Source: a virus
Taxonomy: Duplodnaviria > Caudoviricetes
Length of the DNA: 57,135 bases
Reading direction: 5' to 3' (one strand)
IMG/VR virus record: IMGVR_UViG_3300001336_000023
Location: 1 to 57,135 of that record
Part shown: positions 19,670-27,364 of the stretch, piece after piece
Layout of the letters: every line of letters starts with the position of its first letter
Position numbering within the stretch: the first letter of the stretch is position 1
Notes under the pieces: model-generated
Databases searched by the model: none
Told to the model about the DNA's origin: nothing
The model's input: the letters and a program-made list of their open reading frames with translations, nothing else
Program-made: the position numbers and the translations under genes

Positions 19670-20056
19670 ATGAAAGAAATCCATCATATCATGAAACAAA
19701 TCATTGCTATCCGCACTATTCGCAATGCTTTAAAAACAAACGGACGTGTACGTATTCCCCAAACATACCTCGGTATTTGGGCAGAACAATACTACACATA
19801 CTTCAAAAAAAGATTCCCAGCACTATACTTTGAAACTCAATCCATTTACATAAAAAATTTAATTTTGAATATCACTGAGCACATTTATATGGTACAATTA
19901 ATACGTCAAGGATTTTATCTTAATTCTAAAAATGAATTGAAGTATTGGAACATATTACCTGTACCTTATAAAGAAAATATCATTAAAAAATTAAAAAACA
20001 GCGGAATTGAAACACCGGACAATCTAATGGAAGGAGACTATGTATATGAAGTATAA
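19670..20056 (+). CDS. Hypothetical protein
   Basis: AGGAGGT RBS; 128 aa. Confidence 0.7.
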   Translation: MKEIHHIMKQIIAIRTIRNALKTNGRVRIPQTYLGIWAEQYYTYFKKRFPALYFETQSIYIKNLILNITEHIYMVQLIRQGFYLNSKNELKYWNILPVPYKENIIKKLKNSGIETPDNLMEGDYVYEV

Positions 20057-20393
20057 CATTACAATTGATCTCGATGAAACAATAGTATTTGCTAGAAAAA
20101 TGGCAAAAAGAGTAATCAAATCTTCTGAACAACAAACAAAACAACTCGCTAAAGAAATAGGAATTGATTTTAAAGGGATAGAAGATTTACCACCTACTAT
20201 TGAAATCTTTTTAAAAGAGGAATTAGACAATGCAAAAAAGAAATTAAACAAAGCAACACAAGAACAAATAACAGAAAATATTACAAACATTTTTAATCTT
20301 TCTATAACAGAAACAATTGTAAGCAAAACAGTCAATAAAAGTCTAGAACATTTAGAATTGTTATCAGAAAAAGAAGAAACACAAGCATCGTAA
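20040..20393 (+). CDS. Hypothetical protein
   Basis: AAGGAG RBS; helical, charged; start may be the second Met (20046). Confidence 0.7.
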   Translation: MYMKYNITIDLDETIVFARKMAKRVIKSSEQQTKQLAKEIGIDFKGIEDLPPTIEIFLKEELDNAKKKLNKATQEQITENITNIFNLSITETIVSKTVNKSLEHLELLSEKEETQAS

Positions 20394-20647
20394 GTGTATC
20401 TTCTATAGCACATCCTCAGCAATGTGTTATACAAGGTACATTTGTGTGTATCTACCATCCTAAGACATCTTTCTACAATAGAAAGGTGTCACCTAGAGAG
20501 AATGATAATGTCTGCGTAGTGTAACACAAATTATTATTATTCTTTCTAGGTGGCACGTTCACGGAGAACAATGTCACCCTGACACAACATGAATGTGTGT
20601 ATCAATCCACACATTCGCATCCCCTTCCTTATATGCTTATGCATATA

Positions 20648-20676
20648 TTGACTTGATTGATCCTGAGAGGGACAAT
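20648..20676 (+). promoter_or_regulatory. Putative sigmaA promoter upstream of the tRNA-like element
   Basis: TTGACT-17 nt-GACAAT; predicted start near 20683 coincides with the 5' arm of a 13-bp stem. Confidence 0.45.
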
Positions 20677-20738
20677 CGCCTCAGATAGGCTGTACATAAA
20701 AAATAAAACAAAAGTTGATTAGTGCAGTCTATCTACTT

Positions 20739-20851
20739 GGTTTCGTAGTGTTCAACGAAAGCACATCGTCCTAAAGTACTTACATATTGTGTCAACGTAA
20801 CACAGTAAGAGACAGTGAGCGAGAGTATAGGTTCAAATCCTATCGAAACCC
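20739..20851 (+). tRNA. tRNA-like RNA with ~40-nt hairpin insertion in the anticodon loop (identity undetermined)
   Basis: Acceptor GGTTTCG/CGAAACC, TA at 8-9, D-stem GTGT/GCAC, T-arm ATAGG-TTCAAAT-CCTAT; anticodon arm imperfect and interrupted; no encoded CCA. Confidence 0.65.
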
Positions 20852-21012
20852 CTATTAGTAGAGTATCTTAGCCTAGCATTTAACCCGAGACTTCACCCTT
20901 TTTTAAGTCTTATCCATTGCAAAAACTAAGCTACTCTAAACTACACCCCCGGCACTTGTGCGGGGGTTTTTATTATAAAATTTTATAAAAAAAAATAAGG
21001 AGGAAACAAAGT

Positions 21013-21411
21013 ATGAAAACAACATTATCACCATTTAGAAACATGAATGCATTTATGGTTACCTTTAAGTTTACAGGGAGAGAACTATTACAAGCATCAA
21101 GTAATAAACCTCAATCCTTAAAAATTCTTGACGAAAAAGGTAATGAAAATTATTGTTTGGTAAACGCATCAACAACAACTGCTGATACAGTAGGAGCATC
21201 ATTCCCATTTGCAGGACATGATGAAGACCAAGCAACAAAACCTGTAAGAGTATTATTTCAAATTGAAGGAAACACAGAGGACGTTGTAAAACTTAACGCC
21301 GCAAGAGTTATGACCAATCTGCAAGTAATCGAAGATCAAATCATTAAAGCCGCAAAAGAAGTACAAAAAACCATTGATTCAATCAAATTCGATGATGAAG
21401 GAGCTGAATAA
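21013..21411 (+). CDS. Hypothetical protein, first gene of Ubl cassette
   Basis: AAGGAGG RBS; 2 nt from the Ubl gene. Confidence 0.8.
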   Translation: MKTTLSPFRNMNAFMVTFKFTGRELLQASSNKPQSLKILDEKGNENYCLVNASTTTADTVGASFPFAGHDEDQATKPVRVLFQIEGNTEDVVKLNAARVMTNLQVIEDQIIKAAKEVQKTIDSIKFDDEGAE

Positions 21412-21413
21412 AT

Positions 21414-21638
21414 ATGTTTAGAGTTTATGTAGGTGTTCCTCAAAATGACAAATTAGTTACTGTTACAGGAGAAGAAACTGTTACAGAGTTATTAGAAAAA
21501 CAACAACTAAAAACTTCAGGATTAATCCAACACAACGGTGCTACTTTAAAAGCTCAAGACTTGGGTAAAAAACTTAAAGACATCGGATTTACTGAAGGAG
21601 ACATGTTGTACGTAGTTCAAAAATTAGATAATGCATAG
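21414..21638 (+). CDS. Ubiquitin-like (beta-grasp) protein
   Basis: 74 aa; beta-beta-helix pattern (ETVTELLEKQ), NGATL...GKKLKDIGFTEGDMLYVV parallels the ubiquitin GKQL..GRTLSDYNIQKESTLHLV pattern; adjacent to E2/JAB/E1 genes. Confidence 0.8.
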   Translation: MFRVYVGVPQNDKLVTVTGEETVTELLEKQQLKTSGLIQHNGATLKAQDLGKKLKDIGFTEGDMLYVVQKLDNA

Positions 21639-21665
21639 AAAAGAAGGACCCCCCTTCTTTTTTAT
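21638..21665 (+). terminator. Terminator/attenuator between Ubl and E2-like genes
   Basis: AAAAGAAGG-acccc-CCTTCTTTT followed by further Ts. Confidence 0.6.
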
Positions 21666-21686
21666 TTGTGAAAGGAGGGCGTTTAC

Positions 21687-22961
21687 ATGCCTAAAGTATT
21701 TGATTTAGTAGAGTATCATTTTAGTGATAGCAATATAGGGGTATACAACATAGTACTAAAAACAATTGTTCTATTATCTTCCCCTACCTTATTATCTTTT
21801 TTAGCATATCTAAAAAAAATAGAAAGCCGACCTTTTAAAGACCATAAAATGGTTAACATAGGTAGTGTTCTTAGAAGAAATTCTAACCAAATAGCGACTA
21901 CAGCATTGCACAACAATACCCTCGTACTAAATTTTGAAATGAACCAAGAAACAGTAATATATTACCAAACATTAGCAAAAGAAGTAGAAAAACAAACTTT
22001 TAAAGATCAAATAAGCACAATAGAAAGATTATGGGAAGAAGACGACCCAACCATACGCCATTTTAAAAATTATCCCTTTAAAGACATGTATAATATAGAC
22101 GATAAATTAAGAGACATCCCAGAATTTATCACTTTACCAGAAGCAATTAAATTAAGAATCATTAATCTTGAATTTTTACAAAATTACAACACTTTAGACC
22201 TTATAGATCCTAAAGAGTTGGAAAACCTCATTACTCAATTAACAAAAAATCGATTAAGCGAATTAGAAAAACAAGAAAAAAATATAGCTGATGATATAAG
22301 AAACAAAATACAAAAAATTGAACCGCTATATAGAGTCTTAGAAACAATCAATAAAGAAATAAATAATTTAATAAGTAAAGGAAGAGAAAAAATCCTAGAA
22401 GAACTATTACGTTACTTAAAACAAACAACTGACATAGAAAAAATTAATATAGCATCTAACACAATACACCTTATAACAACACCACTACTTCTAAATTTTG
22501 ATCAAGAAAAAGCCTTAAAATCACAACGTATCAAAGAACAAGTAAAAGAACACATCAAAAAAGAAGGAAAATTTGCAATAGGACGCTATACTATAACAAT
22601 TACTATGGAAAATAAGTTAGCTTTTATTGTAAAACCATTAAATTATCCACATATAAACAGACATATAAACATAGGTTGTTATGGACAAAGAGAGAAAGCA
22701 ATACAAGAAGCAAGACTAGAAGGAAATATAGCTCATCTTATTTCTCATCTTATTGCTGCACTCAAAGGCGCTACAGTAAATGACGGACCAGGAAATAACA
22801 CAATTAATGGTAGTATTTTTATTGAAAAAGACGGATTAAAGAATGTAGAAAATATAGGAAAAGTAAGTTTAAAAAGATACATAGATGAATATCTTAAAAA
22901 ACCAGATGCTAGATATACAACAGGTGAAACAACAATACCAGAAAGAGAGAACCCATTCTAA
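21687..22961 (+). CDS. Coiled-coil protein with C-terminal E2 (UBC)-like domain
   Basis: YPHINRHINIGCYG resembles the HPN/H...CLG active-site region of prokaryotic E2s, followed by two helices; its only Cys is here; context between Ubl and JAB. Confidence 0.6.
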   Translation: MPKVFDLVEYHFSDSNIGVYNIVLKTIVLLSSPTLLSFLAYLKKIESRPFKDHKMVNIGSVLRRNSNQIATTALHNNTLVLNFEMNQETVIYYQTLAKEVEKQTFKDQISTIERLWEEDDPTIRHFKNYPFKDMYNIDDKLRDIPEFITLPEAIKLRIINLEFLQNYNTLDLIDPKELENLITQLTKNRLSELEKQEKNIADDIRNKIQKIEPLYRVLETINKEINNLISKGREKILEELLRYLKQTTDIEKINIASNTIHLITTPLLLNFDQEKALKSQRIKEQVKEHIKKEGKFAIGRYTITITMENKLAFIVKPLNYPHINRHINIGCYGQREKAIQEARLEGNIAHLISHLIAALKGATVNDGPGNNTINGSIFIEKDGLKNVENIGKVSLKRYIDEYLKKPDARYTTGETTIPERENPF

Positions 22962-23560
22962 TGATGATACCAGAAGCATTATATCGTACAAAAGACTTAC
23001 AAAAAATTGTACAACCAAGAGTATTCATAACACCAAAAGCATTTACTGATTTACAAGCAATTATCCATAATGAAAGCAATGAAACTTTAATGACTGCATC
23101 AATAGAAAAAATAGAACAAAGCCACGAGTACTATATCACAAAAATCCATATACCCCCACAAACAGAAGTATCCAAAGCCCACGTCGAAACAGATGATGAA
23201 GAATATGGAAAATGGTTAATGACTTTTACAAGAGAACAAAGAAAGAAAATGAAATGCCATATTCATACACACCCTAGTATGGGAGTAACACCATCAGGAT
23301 TAGATACACACACTATATACGCTGTCATAGAGGATTTAGACGACTTTTATATCCAAGTAATATGTAATGAAGAACATAAATTTTATGTTGCAGTTTGGGA
23401 TATAAAAAATAACAGAATATTCAAAAATATTTGGTTAGAATTAGCAGGGAATAATTTAGTATCTTTTAACACAAAAGGCCCTTATGTACACAATATCTTT
23501 GAACAAGAACAACACAAAAAATTAAAAGAAGATTTAAAAAGCAAAATAAAAAATACCTAA
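22961..23560 (+). CDS. JAB/MPN+ metallo-isopeptidase
   Basis: HIHTHPSMGVTPSGLD = HxH-x7-S-x2-D, with upstream catalytic Glu (SNET). Confidence 0.9.
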   Translation: MMIPEALYRTKDLQKIVQPRVFITPKAFTDLQAIIHNESNETLMTASIEKIEQSHEYYITKIHIPPQTEVSKAHVETDDEEYGKWLMTFTREQRKKMKCHIHTHPSMGVTPSGLDTHTIYAVIEDLDDFYIQVICNEEHKFYVAVWDIKNNRIFKNIWLELAGNNLVSFNTKGPYVHNIFEQEQHKKLKEDLKSKIKNT

Positions 23561-23598
23561 AATTAATACAATTTATGGAAAACTAGGAGGTAAAACTT

Positions 23599-24258
23599 AT
23601 GGTAAATCTTAAAAGACAAAGTGAATTTTTCGATCCTATTGACAACAAAGAAGAAATACACATTATTGGAGTAGGTGCAGTAGGTTCCCACATTGCACAA
23701 AACTTAGCAAGACTAGGAATCAAAAGAATCCATATTTGGGACTTTGATGAAGTAGAAGATCATAACATACCGAATCAAATGTTCCGTCAAACAAATATAG
23801 GTACATTAAAAGTAGATGCAATAGAAAACTACTTAAAAGAAATCAACGAAGAAATCGAGGTGATAAAACATGAGAAATACATAGACGAACAAATTAACGG
23901 AATCATATTCAGTTGTGTAGATTCAATAGAAACAAGACGTATCATTTATACAAACAATGAATTTAACACAGATTTAAAAGCAGTATTCGATACAAGAATT
24001 GGATTAGACGACGGACAAATATTTAGTGCCGATTGGTCTAAAGGAAGTAACATCACAAATTTAATTAGTGTATCAGAATTTACGCATGATGAAGCAGAAA
24101 CAAAAGTATCTAGTTGTGGTAGTAAATTAACAGTATTACCTACTGTACAAACAGCCGCAACACTAGCTACATCAAATTTTATTAATTTCATTAAAACGAA
24201 AACTTTAAAAAACAATATTATTTTCAATGCATTTGATTTAACGATCAAAGCTTATTAG
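23599..24258 (+). CDS. E1-like ThiF/MoeB adenylyltransferase
   Basis: IIGVGAVGS, DFDEVEDHNIPNQ, KVDA, CVDS; candidate thioester Cys in SSCGS; no CxxC Zn pairs. Confidence 0.92.
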   Translation: MVNLKRQSEFFDPIDNKEEIHIIGVGAVGSHIAQNLARLGIKRIHIWDFDEVEDHNIPNQMFRQTNIGTLKVDAIENYLKEINEEIEVIKHEKYIDEQINGIIFSCVDSIETRRIIYTNNEFNTDLKAVFDTRIGLDDGQIFSADWSKGSNITNLISVSEFTHDEAETKVSSCGSKLTVLPTVQTAATLATSNFINFIKTKTLKNNIIFNAFDLTIKAY

Positions 24259-24700
24259 GCAAACTTAAGATTTATTACAAATCATAGTGTAAACTATAAC
24301 CCAAATACTAGATTAGGGGATATTCAAATGAGAAAACGCATATGGTGAAGAAAGAAACTGCACCACCGAACTTGGGAGAGTTTGGATCCAACCACTTAAT
24401 GGCGATTGCGCTGTTAAACAAAGTATCTAAACGACACAATAAGGTTAGTATAAGATGAAGTTAGCATGGCTGCAATAAGTTATAATTACCCATCTAGAAA
24501 ATGAATCAGAATTCTGTACGATGAGGAAATTGAAGAAAGTCTAGTTAATATAAGAATAAAAAAGATCTATATTAATTAAAATAGGTAAAAGCTTAGCCTG
24601 CGAGGAAGAGCTACAAATAGAGAAGTATAACTTATTAGAAACTAAAACACTAGATGCAACATAATTATAAAAGAACCTTCAAAAAACTTAAGAAATGAAT
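24259..24700 (+). ncRNA. Candidate retron-type ncRNA upstream of RT
   Basis: ~450 nt non-coding; hairpins TGGTG/CACCA, CCGAACT/AGTTTGG, TTAATGGCG/CGCTGTTAA; possible closing pair ATCATAGTGT (24281-24290) with ACACTAGAT (24647-24655). Confidence 0.55.
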
Positions 24701-24713
24701 AGGAGTATGCCAA

Positions 24714-26075
24714 ATGAAAACAAAATTTATTATAACCGTACCAAATAATAGAAACAAACACACAGGAGTATCAGCAAAACTAACACGCCCAACTCTTGAA
24801 GAAATACTACTGTATAACGCAAAAGATTTTTGGAAAACATTAAACTATTTACCTGATTATATATCTTATCAAAGAGAAATAGATGAACACAGGTATATTA
24901 AACAATATTTTCCTAGCAAAACAGTATTAACTGATTTATTTTATGCAGCATTCACACACGATGACCAAAAAACATCTAACCGCTTAAACCGTAAGCACAG
25001 CCGTTACGTAGAGCGTTATAATAGTTATGTATATATTACAAACCAATTAAAACCTTTTATTGAAAAAATGGAAAAATTCATTACAACAGATTTTATAAAC
25101 AATAAAAAAGACTATTATGATTATTGGGAAAAGAAAGAATACAAAGGAAAAGATGATGCAGGTAATGATATTTGGAAATACCGTATAATTCAACCACCTA
25201 AAGACGAACTCATGGATTTACATAAAGAAGCTAATCTTCTTTTTCAAAACACATTACAGATACACCCTCACGAAGCAGTTCACTCTTTTCGTAAAGCGCG
25301 TTCCCCTTATACCAATGCAAAAAGACACCAACAAAGTAAACATATTGTCAAAACAGACATCAAAGATTTTTATCCTAATATAACAAAGAAGTTTTTAAGA
25401 AAACAGTTGTGTTCTCTTAAAGAGTTTGCTATAATAGACACAACAACAGATAAATTGGCACCTGAACAACAAGATTATAAAAATACAATCACAAGATTTC
25501 TAGAAGGAATCGTTGAACTTGCAACACTAAATAATGAACTTCCTCAAGGTGCACCGTTATCGCCTTTACTATCAAATTTAGTATTCACACCTTATGACTT
25601 AGCCATCTATGACTACTTAGCAAATAAACCAAAAGAAATAAGTTCAACTTACGTAATGTATACACGTTATGCTGATGACTTATTCTTCTCTAGTCTACAT
25701 AAAATTGACAAAGGTGCACTTATTTTAAAAGTAAATCAAACTATTGCAGATTCAAATTTTACACTACATGAACGAAAAACAAAATACTTTAAAACAAAAC
25801 AAAGAGTATTTATTACGGGTGTTAAAATTAATCAAGAAAACAATTTAACTTATGGATATGAAAAAAAAGAAGATTTAAAAAAACGCATTTTTCAAACTTT
25901 AATTATCATTAAAAACAAACAAAATATAGACGAACACGAAGTACAAATGTTGATAGGTGATATCAGTTTTGCTAAAAGTATTGAACCTCAATACATTAAT
26001 AATGTAATAGCAAAATACGCTAGAAAATTCAATATCCCTGTACATCGTTTCTATAAACATTTGCTTCAAAAATAA
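24714..26075 (+). CDS. Retron-type reverse transcriptase
   Basis: YRIIQPP, NAKRH (retron region X NAxxH), TDIKDFYPNI, LPQGAPLSPLLSN, YTRYADDLFFS, ITGV (region Y VTG-like); ~150-aa N-terminal extension. Confidence 0.92.
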   Translation: MKTKFIITVPNNRNKHTGVSAKLTRPTLEEILLYNAKDFWKTLNYLPDYISYQREIDEHRYIKQYFPSKTVLTDLFYAAFTHDDQKTSNRLNRKHSRYVERYNSYVYITNQLKPFIEKMEKFITTDFINNKKDYYDYWEKKEYKGKDDAGNDIWKYRIIQPPKDELMDLHKEANLLFQNTLQIHPHEAVHSFRKARSPYTNAKRHQQSKHIVKTDIKDFYPNITKKFLRKQLCSLKEFAIIDTTTDKLAPEQQDYKNTITRFLEGIVELATLNNELPQGAPLSPLLSNLVFTPYDLAIYDYLANKPKEISSTYVMYTRYADDLFFSSLHKIDKGALILKVNQTIADSNFTLHERKTKYFKTKQRVFITGVKINQENNLTYGYEKKEDLKKRIFQTLIIIKNKQNIDEHEVQMLIGDISFAKSIEPQYINNVIAKYARKFNIPVHRFYKHLLQK

Positions 26076-26083
26076 AATAAAAA

Positions 26084-26414
26084 ATAAAATTGCTACAAAT
26101 CAGTCAAGTATAAGGTAGGAGAACTTAACCAAAGCAAAGCCGGTGTATGAACCGTCCCGAATTGCAGGGAAATGCATACTGACCTAGTTAAAATACTTTT
26201 ATACGCACCAAGACAACCCAACTACTAACAGTAGGGGATATCTAACAAAATACCATTAATGTATAGGGTAGAAGAAATCTCGACTAGAAAACTAATTTTT
26301 AGTGAGCTACAATTTCGGGATCAGGCTCTTCAAAAAAGAAAAGACTTCAGAGCTTGATCCCAAAATCGCACCGCACCAAAAATTAAACGTCTTGATATTT
26401 ATAAGCGATTTTAT
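26084..26414 (+). ncRNA. Candidate retron-type ncRNA downstream of RT
   Basis: Ends pair: ATAAAATTGCT (26084-26094) with AGCGATTTTAT (26404-26414), plus TCAAG/CTTGA; small 5' hairpins and a 13-bp 3' stem GGGATCAGGCTCT/AGAGCTTGATCCC (26317-26361). Confidence 0.6.
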
Positions 26415-26427
26415 AAGGAGGAACACC

Positions 26428-26892
26428 ATGAATAGAACATTTATCTTAAAAGACCCCGCAGAAAGTACAAAAAAACGAATGTGGGAAGTACAATTTTATC
26501 TTAATATGTTAGAACTTACAGGAGGTACTGTAAACGACTATTATGTGGATAACATTGTAGAAAACATTATGCTAAAAGCAGGAGCCAAAGTTAGTGTTTT
26601 AAACGTGGCTTATAGTGAACTAAGTGGTCGAGTAAATCGTCCTAGTCCATTAGAGCTTATTATGGCTAACCATTATCTAGACATTCCTGTAAGGTCAATT
26701 ACAGCAGTAACACATACTGCAAACCGTACTTTATACAATGCTTTAGAAACTTATATCAAAAATGGAGACTATGATTTACACCCAAAACTTGATGAAAACA
26801 CATTATTAGAGATCAAAAAATTCAATGAATCAATTAGATACATTTTCCCACACATATCAAAACTAGCAAGCAAAGGAGTATGTTATGATTGA
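26428..26892 (+). CDS. Hypothetical protein
   Basis: AAGGAGG RBS supports ATG 26428 rather than GTG 26302. Confidence 0.75.
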   Translation: MNRTFILKDPAESTKKRMWEVQFYLNMLELTGGTVNDYYVDNIVENIMLKAGAKVSVLNVAYSELSGRVNRPSPLELIMANHYLDIPVRSITAVTHTANRTLYNALETYIKNGDYDLHPKLDENTLLEIKKFNESIRYIFPHISKLASKGVCYD

Positions 26893-27364
26893 TTTAAAAG
26901 AGTTTAATCCCGAAACAGAAAAACCACTCTATGAAGCAGTATTAAACTTCAATGAAGAATTTGCAAAAGATTCAGCAATCATGACTTTAGGGTATTATGA
27001 ACTTTATAAAAGATTTAAAAACCGTACTTCATTAACAGCAATCGATTGGAGAAACTTCTATAGAGATAAACGTGTTCAAAACTTCTATAACGATGAACTA
27101 AACATGCAACTTGAAGTAAAAATCCAAAAGTTATCTCATAGTAGTGATTTGTCCACAAGTGATAACACCACCCTGACAAATCTAATTAAACGTAAACGTG
27201 ATGAAGAAGGAATCAATGCTGATGACGGAAAAATCTTTGTATATACTTTCATACCACTAACTTCAGAAGAGGAGAATGCAGAAAATGTCAAAATCTTATC
27301 ATTTGTCCCTAAAGAGATTAAAGGTGCCATACACGTTCTTGAAGGGAATAAAAACAAAAAATAA
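26885..27364 (+). CDS. Hypothetical protein
   Basis: AAAGGAG RBS, overlaps upstream stop; 159 aa. Confidence 0.75.
   Translation: MIDLKEFNPETEKPLYEAVLNFNEEFAKDSAIMTLGYYELYKRFKNRTSLTAIDWRNFYRDKRVQNFYNDELNMQLEVKIQKLSHSSDLSTSDNTTLTNLIKRKRDEEGINADDGKIFVYTFIPLTSEEENAENVKILSFVPKEIKGAIHVLEGNKNKK

Larger units (their letters stand above)
20394..21000 (+). ncRNA. ~600-nt non-coding block of consecutive hairpins (candidate ncRNA or ncRNA cluster)
   Basis: No long ORF; stems at 20464-20490, 20486-20556, 20591-20616, 20683-20734, 20739-20850, 20859-20938, 20945-20967, several with G-U pairs on the + strand. Confidence 0.6.

Noticed and set aside
21414-24258. ThiS/ThiF or MoaD/MoeB sulfur-transfer pathway
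   Set aside because: No C-terminal GG on the Ubl, an E2-like gene is present, and no cofactor-biosynthesis or tRNA-thiolation genes are nearby.
24714-26075. RT as part of a diversity-generating retroelement targeting the fibre gene
   Set aside because: RT has retron NAxxH and VTG-like motifs and LPQG rather than DGR-type signatures; differences between the two fibre copies are synonymous, mostly C/T, not adenine-specific; no TR/VR pair or Avd seen.
24714-26075. Group II intron
   Set aside because: No maturase/domain X or recognisable domain V hairpin, and no interrupted gene.
26302-26427. N-terminal extension of the 26302-26892 ORF
   Set aside because: A strong RBS precedes ATG 26428 and the extension overlaps a stable RNA stem.
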